Shown: positions 8,781-17,262, numbered from the stretch's first letter. The stretch: DNA of 32,000 nt from Pseudodesulfovibrio piezophilus C1TLV30 (GCF_000341895.1 NC_020409.1:1620001-1652000), one strand, 5' to 3'. A program made the numbers and translations. The notes: generated by a model not told the origin, from the sequence alone.

Positions 8781-9488
8781 ATGAGTAATGAAGCAATAAT
8801 GGAACGCCTCGACAAGATCGAGGAAAATATCGCCTTCCTGACGGAACGGGCGAAAGCGACCGAAGAACTCAAGAATGACCTGACGCCGATCATGCATGAC
8901 GGTTTCAAGGTTCTCATGAGCGAATTCGGAAGCATCGAGCATGGCTTCCAGCTTGAAGATCTCACCGAGTTCATCAAGAAGATGATGGTCAGCATGAAAA
9001 ACATGACCTACATGCTCGACAAGATGGAAGACATCATCGACCTGTGGAAGACCATTGCTCCGCTGCTGCAGCACTCCGTGCCCCAGCTCATCGAGTACAT
9101 GGATACCCTGGAGCAGAAAGGCGTCTTTGACACCTACCGCGCCATGATCGAGATCCGTGCCAAAGTCGCTGAGACCTATGGCGTGGAAAACATTCGCAAC
9201 ATGGGAGACTCTTTTGTCTTCCTGGTCGGAATGCTCGAAAAGCTGGGCGATCCCAAAGTTCGCATGATGATCGAAGGCGCTGCCAATGCCTTCTCCGAAC
9301 TGGATCTGACCACGGTCAAACCCACCGGGCCTCTGGGCATGGTCGGCGGCATGGCATCCAAAGACGCCAAGCGTGGCCTGGGCATTATGCTCGAAATGAC
9401 CAAGACCCTCGGAAAAATTGGCCTGGAAGTCCCCAAAGTGGACGCTCTGGCCAATCAGAAAGCCGCAGCCAAAGCTGCCGCCAAATAG
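8781..9488 (+). CDS. DUF1641-type helical protein (the usual partner of SQR-like oxidoreductases)
   Basis: 235 aa with GGAGG as RBS, 18 nt after the SQR-like gene. It is helical and Met/Glu/Lys-rich, with a C-terminal region that matches my memory of DUF1641. The family assignment is from recollection. Confidence 0.6.
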   Translation: MSNEAIMERLDKIEENIAFLTERAKATEELKNDLTPIMHDGFKVLMSEFGSIEHGFQLEDLTEFIKKMMVSMKNMTYMLDKMEDIIDLWKTIAPLLQHSVPQLIEYMDTLEQKGVFDTYRAMIEIRAKVAETYGVENIRNMGDSFVFLVGMLEKLGDPKVRMMIEGAANAFSELDLTTVKPTGPLGMVGGMASKDAKRGLGIMLEMTKTLGKIGLEVPKVDALANQKAAAKAAAK

Positions 9489-9795
9489 CATCACTGACGT
9501 GGGCGGTCCTTCCAGGATCGCCCACGATATAAAAATACGCCCTTAATTGTTCTGGCTATTGCCAGGACTCCGCGACGGCCCGTGTCGCCCCTTGCTTGCA
9601 AGGCCCAAGGCATGGAGCTGGCCTTGGCGACACGGGCCCCTCACGGTGTATGGACACCATCGCAAAAAAGAACTGATACGAGGAAGTCCCAGGGCAAACT
9701 TCATCCCAGCTCCTTTCCATGAAAATCGAGTCACGGCCCGGTTCTCAAGGCTCAGTTGACCCCTCAGCCGAGGCTCCAAATATACGAGGTTTGAT

Positions 9796-10149
9796 ATGAC
9801 CAAGAAAATCCTGATTATCGATGATGATCCCGCTATCGTGGAGTTCCTGGAAGACCTTCTTCAAGACGCCGGTTTTGCCACGGTCACAGCCTTCAACGGC
9901 GGCGAAGGGCTGGATAAGCTCACCTCTGAATCACCCGACCTTATCACCCTGGATATGGATATGCCTGAAAAGGGAGGTGTCCTCTTCTATGCGACCCTGC
10001 GCAAGGACGAAGCCACCAGGGATATCCCGGTCGTGATCGTCAGCGGCGTCGGCCCGCGTCCTCCGGCTGTCGGCAAAGATGTCCCCGTCATCACCAAGCC
10101 CATTGATACCGATGCACTGATGGCCTGCATAACCACTCAGCTCGGCTAA
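9796..10149 (+). CDS. Single-domain response regulator (CheY-like receiver)
   Basis: 117 aa: KILIIDDD, phospho-acceptor context LITLDMDMP, VVIVSG and ITKP. Confidence 0.9.
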   Translation: MTKKILIIDDDPAIVEFLEDLLQDAGFATVTAFNGGEGLDKLTSESPDLITLDMDMPEKGGVLFYATLRKDEATRDIPVVIVSGVGPRPPAVGKDVPVITKPIDTDALMACITTQLG

Positions 10150-10254
10150 TGACTTTTCCCAGGGAAGGGGCAGGTTTCCTGCCTGAATAGGGTCTGCGCG
10201 CGGGGGGGGACGTCCTCCCGCGCGCGGTTCTCAAAACACACTCCAGGCTCTGCC

Positions 10255-12237
10255 ATGACTGAAGCTCCGCTCTATGCTGCCTCACACCCGTTTTCGGTCT
10301 TGCTCGTTGATGACGAGGAAGATATCCGCGAACTGCTTGGCATGCTCCTCAACGACCTCGGCTACACCGTTCAAACGGCGAAAAATGGTCAAGCTGCTCT
10401 CGAACTTTTCCGAACGGTCCAGACCACGGAAAGGCCGGATATCATCCTGACGGATATCAAGATGCCCGGCATGGACGGCATCGAACTCCTTCGCACCATC
10501 AAGGCTGAAGCACCCGAAATCGAAGTGATCATGATCTCCGGTCATGGTGACATGCAACTCGCCATCGAATCCCTCAAATTTCAAGCCGCTGACTTCATCA
10601 CCAAACCTATTGACGACGACATTCTGGCTATTGCCCTGAACAAAGTGACGGAAAAGCTCTCTCTACGCCGCCAGATCAAGGAACATACAGAAAATCTCGA
10701 ACGACTTGTCGAGGAAAAGTCCGCGCGCGTTGTGGAACTGGAACGTCAGACCGCGGCCGAACAGATTGTGGACGGATTATCCAGTGCCATGTCCATCATT
10801 TCCGATGACGTGGATGACTCCGGTGTTTTCAATGAGCTTCCCTGTTTCATTTCCATCCACTCCTCGGACCTCAAAGTCATCACAGCCAATGGTTTGTATG
10901 AACAACGCTTTGGCGACAGAACAGGCGAATCCAGCCGGTCCATATACACCTCTCATACAGGTCAGGGCAGTTGTCCTGCTTATGAAGCTGTCGCCACCCG
11001 CCTCGGCGGACGAAGCACAGCCACGCTCATGGGACTCGATGGCGCGGAAATTCCAGCCGTTGTTTATACCGCTCCCATTACCGGGAATGATGGCAAAGTC
11101 TCTTTGGTCCTGGAGGTGGCCGTGGATGTTTCCGAAGTCAATCGCCTCCAAACGGCTTTGACCGCTACCCAGCATAAATACGAACGCCTTTTTGATCAGG
11201 TCCCGTGCTACATAACAGTCCAGGATCAAAATATGCGCATTGTCGAAGCCAATGCCCGCTTTCGTGAAGACTTCGGTTTTGACCGCGGTCCCAATTGCCA
11301 CCATGCTTACAAGAATCTCAACGACGTGTGCGACGGATGCCCCGTGCAAAAGACTTTTTCCGACGGTCTCCCCCATCAACGGGAAACAGTGGTGACATCC
11401 AAAAACGGCACACAGATCGATATCCTGGTCTGGACAGCGCCCCTTCGCAATGAGCATGGGGAAATCGAACACGTCCTCGAAGTCTCGACCAATATTTCCA
11501 AAGTCCGGGCCTTGCAGAACCAATTAACCAGCCTCGGCATGATGCTTGGCTCCATGTCTCACGGCGTCAAAGGATTGCTGACTGCCATAGACGGTGGCAT
11601 CTATCGAGTCGAATCCGGCCTCAGCAAAAACGACATGGATCGCGTGGACAAAGGATGGAAGGTCGTCAAACACCGCATAGGCCATATGAAAAAAATGGTC
11701 ATGGATATCCTCTATTACGCCAAATCGCGCGAATTGGAATTGTCCCGGACGACACTGGGAGACTATGCCACGGATCTTGCGGACCTGATCGCGCCCAAAG
11801 CCGCAGACCATGACATTTCGTTTGTCCGTCGCTTTTCCCAGCCAACAGTCACATTCGAAGCTGACGTCGCTGCCCTTTCATCCGCATTGGTCAATTTCCT
11901 GGAGAATGCCATGGATGCCTGCGTCTTCGACCGCTCCACCACCCGACACTGTGTCACCTTCACCGTTTCCGCAGATTCCAAAACAGTCCACTTCGAAATC
12001 ACTGACAACGGCATAGGCATGGATCGCGAGACCCGCGAAAACATGTTTACCCTGTTCTTTTCCTCCAAGGGCGCAAACGGCACCGGTATAGGACTGTTCA
12101 TATCAAATCAGGTCATCGCCAGGCACAACGGGACCATTGATGTGGACTCCAGCGTGGGCAAAGGGACACATTTTCACATCCGCATTCCAATGACTCAAGC
12201 GGGCTGTGAGAACTGTATGGAGAGCGTGACCGGCTGA
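10255..12237 (+). CDS. Hybrid sensor kinase: N-terminal receiver, two PAS-like modules, HisKA and HATPase
   Basis: 660 aa. The REC domain has VLLVDDEEDIRE...ILTDIKMPGMDG. The H-box is GSMSHGVKGLL. N/G boxes are ENAMDA, DNGIGM and GTGIGL. The second PAS carries C-x10-C-x2-C. Confidence 0.9.
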   Translation: MTEAPLYAASHPFSVLLVDDEEDIRELLGMLLNDLGYTVQTAKNGQAALELFRTVQTTERPDIILTDIKMPGMDGIELLRTIKAEAPEIEVIMISGHGDMQLAIESLKFQAADFITKPIDDDILAIALNKVTEKLSLRRQIKEHTENLERLVEEKSARVVELERQTAAEQIVDGLSSAMSIISDDVDDSGVFNELPCFISIHSSDLKVITANGLYEQRFGDRTGESSRSIYTSHTGQGSCPAYEAVATRLGGRSTATLMGLDGAEIPAVVYTAPITGNDGKVSLVLEVAVDVSEVNRLQTALTATQHKYERLFDQVPCYITVQDQNMRIVEANARFREDFGFDRGPNCHHAYKNLNDVCDGCPVQKTFSDGLPHQRETVVTSKNGTQIDILVWTAPLRNEHGEIEHVLEVSTNISKVRALQNQLTSLGMMLGSMSHGVKGLLTAIDGGIYRVESGLSKNDMDRVDKGWKVVKHRIGHMKKMVMDILYYAKSRELELSRTTLGDYATDLADLIAPKAADHDISFVRRFSQPTVTFEADVAALSSALVNFLENAMDACVFDRSTTRHCVTFTVSADSKTVHFEITDNGIGMDRETRENMFTLFFSSKGANGTGIGLFISNQVIARHNGTIDVDSSVGKGTHFHIRIPMTQAGCENCMESVTG

Positions 12238-12282
12238 CATCCGAGGCTCGTCAGTCGGTCTGCTCCTCCACCGGAGAAAACC

Positions 12283-14604
12283 ATGTTCACCGCCTTCAGC
12301 GACTGTTTTGGGAAGCTGCAAAAGTCCCTCTCAATGAAACTTGTCATTCTGGTCATGTTTCTGACCACTCTCTCAATGACAGGCGTTTTCTTTGCCTATG
12401 CCGATAAAGAAAAAAACGATAATTTACGCAGGGCAGCCATGCGTGCCGAAGATCTCACCAAAGTCATACAAATCGGTCTTCGGTCTACCATGAACCAAAT
12501 TCCTCACAAGGCAACAGCCGAATTTCTCACCCAGATAGCCGATCTTGAGTGTATTCATTCAGTCTCCATCCACGATGCCTCGGGACTTCTGCTCTTTTCC
12601 GGGAATGACAGCAGCCCAACTCTCCTTGACTTCAAGGACATACTCACACTTTTCATTTCCCGAAATCAGATTTCTCAACCGGGACAGGAATCTCTCCAGC
12701 ATCAGGATTCTCTCATACCCAATGGAAATTCAGGGCGTTTTCTACGTCGAGTCAGTCTAATTCCCAATGAACAGGGATGTTCCACTCCCCTCTGTCATAC
12801 CGCTCAAAATGACGCCCCATTCCTTGGCTCGCTGGAACTGACCATTCCAGTCGAGAGCAATAAAAAAGTTTTCACCATACGAAAGACGCTTCCCCTCTTG
12901 GTCGCACTGATCTCGCTCACCGGTATGCTGCTGACTCTTCTCATGACAACCAAATACATGATTCACCGTCCAATGCAGCGAATACTCCGGGGCATCCGTC
13001 GAATCGCGCATGGCGACTACACCACCGTTGTTACCGTCAACCAGCATGACCAGTTCGGACTTCTTGCCGAAACCATCAACCGCATGGCTCGCAATGTCGA
13101 GACTCACCATGCGGAACTCTCCCGGCAGCGAGCACTCTACCAATCGCTCTTCGAAGGTGTTCCCTGCCTGATTACCGTTCAGGACCGGAACTATACACTC
13201 CTTCGTTTCAACCAGGCGTTTGCCGATCGATTTAACGCCCAACCGGGTGATCATTGTTACGAAGCGTACAAAGGAAGGAATCGCAAATGTGACGAATGCC
13301 CTGTCGAACGCACTTTTGCCGACGGGTTGTCACATACAACCGAAGAAATAGGCTCCTACAAGGATGGAACCCGAGCACACTGGATCGTCAACACGGCTCC
13401 CATCTATGACGAAAAGGGGACAGTCGTGGCCGCCATGGAAATGAGCCTCGACATCACACAACGAAAACGCCTCGAAGAAGACCTCAGGGCTTCGGAACAA
13501 AAATACTATGCCATCTTCAACACCATCCCCAGCGCGGTTCTCGCTATTGACGCTGCCACTCATCACATTATTGACTGCAATAAAACTGCAATATCTCTGT
13601 ATGGTTATACTAAGGGGAATTTAATCAGAAAGCCTTTTGAAAAATTGATTTCTCCTGACGAAATTGCCGCTCACAAAGATGCGTTTGCCACAACACTTTC
13701 GCTGCGCCGTACCAAGCACATTGACGCGAACAAAAAGGAATTCTGGGCCTCTGTGACTCTTTCGCGGACCCGTTTCCAGACACAAGATGTCCTTCTGACT
13801 GTGATTACCGATATCTCCGAACGAATCAGCTCAGAAGAACAACTGATCCAGGCCAGCAAAATGGCGACCCTTGGAGAAATGGCAACAGGTGTTGCCCATG
13901 AATTGAATCAACCCCTGGCTGTCCTTCAGATGATTGCCAATCTTTTTCGGCGCAAACTAAAGCACAACAAACCCATTGACGCTGAAACCGCCGGGAACAT
14001 GGCAGACAAGATTACCAACAACGTCAACCGAGCTACCAAGATAATCAACCACATGCGCGAGTTCGGGCGCAAGTCAAACCTTGAGACGGAAGAGGTCCGA
14101 CTTAACAGAGTCGTCCGCCGGGCTTTCGACCTTTTCAGCCAACAGCTCAAGCTCCATAATATCACCGTCGAATGGTATCTTGAGGAAGAGCAACCCATCA
14201 TTCATGCCGATTCCAACCGACTGGAGCAGGTCTTTATCAACATGCTGATCAATGCCCGAGATGCCATTGAAGAACGCTGCGCCAATGCCGAGTGCTCTGC
14301 TCCCGAACGCTTCATCGTCATCCGTACCCGATCCACCCGTCGTTCTGTCATAGCCGAAATCCACGATTCCGGAACCGGCATACCCAAAGAACTTCTGCCT
14401 CGTCTTTTCGAACCTTTCTTTACCACAAAAGAAGTCGGGCAAGGGACCGGCCTAGGCCTCTCCATCTCTTACGGTATCGTCACCGACTACGGTGGGACCA
14501 TTCATGTCACCTCCCCACGCTCCCATGGTTCTCGATTCACCATCACCTTTCCTCGCGCTGCCACAAGAAGCCAGAAGCAGTTAAAATCAAACACCTACCG
14601 ATAA
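12283..14604 (+). CDS. Membrane sensor histidine kinase (periplasmic domain, HAMP, two PAS, HisKA, HATPase)
   Basis: 773 aa with GGAGA as RBS. Two TM segments flank a ~170-aa periplasmic region. HAMP shows RIAHGDY. The H-box is VAHELNQPL. N/G boxes are NMLINARDA, DSGTGIP and GTGLGL. The first PAS is paralogous to the Cys-PAS of the preceding kinase. Confidence 0.9.
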   Translation: MFTAFSDCFGKLQKSLSMKLVILVMFLTTLSMTGVFFAYADKEKNDNLRRAAMRAEDLTKVIQIGLRSTMNQIPHKATAEFLTQIADLECIHSVSIHDASGLLLFSGNDSSPTLLDFKDILTLFISRNQISQPGQESLQHQDSLIPNGNSGRFLRRVSLIPNEQGCSTPLCHTAQNDAPFLGSLELTIPVESNKKVFTIRKTLPLLVALISLTGMLLTLLMTTKYMIHRPMQRILRGIRRIAHGDYTTVVTVNQHDQFGLLAETINRMARNVETHHAELSRQRALYQSLFEGVPCLITVQDRNYTLLRFNQAFADRFNAQPGDHCYEAYKGRNRKCDECPVERTFADGLSHTTEEIGSYKDGTRAHWIVNTAPIYDEKGTVVAAMEMSLDITQRKRLEEDLRASEQKYYAIFNTIPSAVLAIDAATHHIIDCNKTAISLYGYTKGNLIRKPFEKLISPDEIAAHKDAFATTLSLRRTKHIDANKKEFWASVTLSRTRFQTQDVLLTVITDISERISSEEQLIQASKMATLGEMATGVAHELNQPLAVLQMIANLFRRKLKHNKPIDAETAGNMADKITNNVNRATKIINHMREFGRKSNLETEEVRLNRVVRRAFDLFSQQLKLHNITVEWYLEEEQPIIHADSNRLEQVFINMLINARDAIEERCANAECSAPERFIVIRTRSTRRSVIAEIHDSGTGIPKELLPRLFEPFFTTKEVGQGTGLGLSISYGIVTDYGGTIHVTSPRSHGSRFTITFPRAATRSQKQLKSNTYR

Positions 14605-14843
14605 GCTCACAAAATATACATTGAAAGGTCTCTGAAAATGAACGAGAAGCTTTCGCTTGCCGCTACACACGCAACCGCTCTTTGGAAAAGGTTCACTGAA
14701 GCGAGAGAGAAGGCTCCAGAACATCCTCCACGGCCCCGCTCCTGAACAGACGATCATGCCCGCTCTTTGTCGGTTATACGGTAAACCGAGTCCCAACCTT
14801 GCAAGGATCACCCGATCCACTCAGGAAGAGTCCACTTAGCAAG

Positions 14844-14881
14844 TAAAAAAACAGACCCAAAGCATGCGAATGCAATGGGCC
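14844..14881 (-). terminator. Rho-independent terminator downstream of the extended rhodanese ORF
   Basis: The minus strand reads GGCCCA-TTGCATTCGCATGCTT-TGGGTC (with a nested GCAT/ATGC stem), followed by TGTTTTTTTA. It lies 52 nt after the TGA at 14933..14935. I saw no comparable terminator after the internal TGA at 15059. Confidence 0.65.
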
Positions 14882-14932
14882 TGAAAGAGTCGAAGGGGAG
14901 CAGGCGGAAAACCGCTTTCACGGACCTTCCGA

Positions 14933-15355
14933 TCATTTCATATCAGTGGGGTATCCTGCGTCCAACCAATCGTTCCATCCCCCCTTGAGAGCATAGACCT
15001 TGCTGAATCCCTTTTTCATGAGTGCCTGTGCCACCCGAGCACTGGTATACTCATTGGGTCAGGCGCAATACAGAACAAACGTCTTGTCCCGATCCATAGA
15101 GGTAGCCCATGCATCAACATCATTATACGGCTTTCTGACACTGTTCCTGATCATTTTTTCACTTCCGTCAAAATCCTTTCCACGGCGAACATCAATGATA
15201 ATGACTTCATCTGAATCCAGGCGTGACAACAACTCTGTTCCGGTCATACGCGGAACTCTATCCCCGACGAAACCAGGCCCAGCCGAAACCGAAATCCCCC
15301 ACACAAGACAAAGAAGGGCTGCTCCAATGGCTAACCCTCTTGTTATTCTTTTCAT
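14933..15355 (-). CDS. Periplasmic rhodanese-domain protein with an in-frame UGA (candidate selenocysteine) in the active-site loop
   Basis: ATG 15355 is preceded by GGAGG at a 5-nt spacing. The signal peptide is MKRITRGLAIGAALLCLVWGISVSA. The ORF track stops at TGA 15059..15061 after ...KTFVLYCA. The same frame continues PNEYTSARVAQALMKKGFSKVYALKGGWNDWLDAGYPTDMK to a stop at 14933. That is the expected second half of a rhodanese domain. Confidence 0.7.
15018..15054 (-). other. SECIS-like stem-loop immediately 3' of the in-frame UGA
   Basis: The RNA reads UGA-CCCA-[AUGAGU]-AUA-[CCAGUGCU]-CGGGU-[GGCACAGG]-C-[ACUCAU]. The lower stem is 6 bp and the upper stem 8 pairs (one A.A mismatch, one U.G). 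The apical loop is G-rich and begins 21 nt after the UGA. Confidence 0.55.
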
Positions 15356-15477
15356 CTCTCCCTCCAAAGTATACAGACTCTGCCCGCCTCAAACCAAAGA
15401 CGCGCACTCAAAGATATTAAACCTGAAACGGGATCATAGCTCAAGACAAGAAATTCTCTTGAACCCAGGCTTCCCCC

Positions 15478-15511
15478 CAAAAAAAGCTCCGCCTGCCAGA
15501 CAGACGGAGCT
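15478..15511 (-). terminator. Rho-independent terminator of purM
   Basis: The minus strand reads AGCTCCG-loop(13)-CGGAGCT followed by TTTTTTT, 24 nt after the purM stop. Confidence 0.75.
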
Positions 15512-15534
15512 TTACAGAAAAAAACAATGGGGAA

Positions 15535-16596
15535 TTAGGGAAAAACTATTTCCACCTGCTCAGCCGCAGGTTCGCGCTTGACGATCTCACCGATGCGATA
15601 TGCGTCCACATCATCACGAGCATCAAGTATCTCCAGCGCGGATTCGGCGGAGTCACAATCGCAAATCAGAATATACCCGATACCGCAGTTGAAGATCTGG
15701 AGCATTTCCGGCCAGGAGAGATCCCCTTCATTCTTGAGCCAGTCAAAAATGGGCAGCATCGGCCAAGAGCCGAACTCCACTGAAGCGGCTGTGTCTTCGG
15801 GCAGGATACGGGGAACGTTGTCGTAAAAACCACCTCCGGTCACATGAACCATGCCTTTAATGGGCAGGGTCTTCATAAGCTCAAGGACCGGTTTGACGTA
15901 TATTTTCGTGGGCTCGATAAGGACATCAGCCACGGTCGCATCCGTTCCGGGGAAAATATCATCATTCTTGAGACCGGATTGCGTCAGAATTTTGCGAATA
16001 AGCGACCAGCCGTTTGAATGCGCACCAGTTGAAGCAAGACCGATAAGGACATCGCCCGGAGAAACATCTTTACCCGAAACAAGCTTGGGGGAATCGACCA
16101 TCCCCACAGCAAACCCGGAAAGATCATATTCTCCATCGGGATAAAAACCTGGCATTTCTGCGGTTTCTCCTCCCAACAAGGCACAATCAGACTGGCGACA
16201 CCCTTCACAGACACCGGAGACAACCTGCTCGGCAACACCGGATTCGAGCTTTCCCGTGGCAAAATAATCGAGAAAGAAAAGAGGAGCCGCACCCTGCACC
16301 AAAACATCATTCACGGACATGGCAACCAGATCAATCCCCACAGTGTCATGCCGGTCAAACATGAAGGCCAACTTGAGCTTGGTCCCCACACCATCTGCCC
16401 CGGCCACCAGCATGGGAGCCTCCATTCCAGCCACATCAGGCTTGAACAGTCCTCCGAAGCCACCAATATCAGTCGCCACACCAGGCGTGAAGGTGGACTT
16501 CACCATATCCTTGATCCGACTGACGAATTGATTGCCAGCTTCGATATCCACACCAGCTGCGGTATATGCCTTGGAACGTTTGGCGCTGTCGCTCAT
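15535..16596 (-). CDS. purM: Phosphoribosylformylglycinamidine cyclo-ligase (AIR synthetase)
   Basis: 353 aa with GAGGAG as RBS: YTAAGVDIEAGN...DIGGFGGLF...GADGVGTKLK...DLVAMSVNDVLVQGAAPLFFLDY...HSNGWSL. Confidence 0.95.
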   Translation of the reverse strand: MSDSAKRSKAYTAAGVDIEAGNQFVSRIKDMVKSTFTPGVATDIGGFGGLFKPDVAGMEAPMLVAGADGVGTKLKLAFMFDRHDTVGIDLVAMSVNDVLVQGAAPLFFLDYFATGKLESGVAEQVVSGVCEGCRQSDCALLGGETAEMPGFYPDGEYDLSGFAVGMVDSPKLVSGKDVSPGDVLIGLASTGAHSNGWSLIRKILTQSGLKNDDIFPGTDATVADVLIEPTKIYVKPVLELMKTLPIKGMVHVTGGGFYDNVPRILPEDTAASVEFGSWPMLPIFDWLKNEGDLSWPEMLQIFNCGIGYILICDCDSAESALEILDARDDVDAYRIGEIVKREPAAEQVEIVFP

Positions 16597-16792
16597 CTCA
16601 CTCTCCTCAAAAAAATATTACTTTCAGGTCATGCCCGAATGGTGAACAGTGCGGAAAAACCGGAACCAGAGTCCTCGGCATACTCAAGAAGAGATTACCA
16701 AACCATATGCCCGGCGTCATCCCCTCAAACCTCTCATGAAGCCAGGGTGGGTTATAGATTGTTGGCGCACCAAGTTCAAGCGAAGACTTGTA

Positions 16793-16808
16793 CGGCGCAT
16801 CATTTGCA
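16793..16808 (+). promoter_or_regulatory. Weak candidate sigma54 promoter upstream of the Thr-rich protein / radical SAM pair
   Basis: CGGCGC-ATCAT-TTGCA has GG and GC in the correct 12-nt register and a good -12 TTGCA. The -24 element is imperfect (CGGCGC versus TGGCAC). It lies ~70 nt upstream of ATG 16878. Confidence 0.3.
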
Positions 16809-16877
16809 TTGTCATTTTCACAAGAGCCGCCTATTTTAAGGCAAACACGAGAAAAAGTGAGTACTCAGGAGGTAAGC

Positions 16878-17228
16878 ATGCGTCATCTTAACAAGATATA
16901 TATTACGGTTGTTACTGTTATTATTTTGACGTTCTCCCTTGCCTCTGCCGAATCAAAATTCAAGAATGAAGATACTGCCGCCAATCGGCAGGACAATGTC
17001 TTCGGCACCGATCAGGCCGAAGATACCAGCACAACCAAATTCGGCAAGGATGAAACAGGTAGCACCACCATCAAGACCAAGGCACGACCCAAGAAAGAGC
17101 CTGTGGACTGGTATGACAAGATAATTATCACAGTCAACCCGGAAACCAAGTGGCCCACGGACGGCACCACCACAACGACCACCTATGACAATGCCACCGA
17201 CACGCAGACAACAACGACGACACAATAA
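16878..17228 (+). CDS. Small secreted Thr-rich protein (hypothetical)
   Basis: GGAGG lies 6 nt upstream of ATG 16878, which is internal to track ORF 16788..17228. The signal peptide is MRHLNKIYITVVTVIILTFSLASA. The mature part is low-complexity and ends TTTTTTYDNATDTQTTTTTQ. Confidence 0.6.
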   Translation: MRHLNKIYITVVTVIILTFSLASAESKFKNEDTAANRQDNVFGTDQAEDTSTTKFGKDETGSTTIKTKARPKKEPVDWYDKIIITVNPETKWPTDGTTTTTTYDNATDTQTTTTTQ

Positions 17229-17262
17229 CCCCATTGATCAGGGAAATGAGGGAAATGCCTCC

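Noticed and set aside
7512-9494. 660-aa minus-strand ORF, the longest ORF in this region
   Set aside because: It spans two well-supported plus-strand genes (SQR-like and DUF1641, both with strong SDs). Its composition is extremely rich in Asp, Val, His, Gly and Phe with no recognisable domain. It is a typical antisense open frame.
10777-11523. 248-aa minus-strand ORF, plus 13 further antisense ORFs inside genes: 3874..4395 (+), 4689..5039 (-), 6841..7323 (-), 12757..13254 (-), 14074..14442 (-), 15000..15581 (+), 16348..16839 (+), 17134..17481 (-), 19428..20045 (-), 23401..23973 (-), 24082..24702 (+), 24862..25263 (+), 25704..26387 (+)
   Set aside because: Each lies opposite a gene with clear family motifs, and none has a convincing RBS or domain signature.
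14605-14843. 240-bp gap between the kinase stop and the rhodanese terminator, with small ORFs (36 aa at 14638..14748, 60 aa at 14657..14839 on plus, 77 aa at 14587..14820 on minus)
   Set aside because: None has a good RBS or a plausible composition. I saw no SRP, 6S or tmRNA-like features. I left it unannotated.
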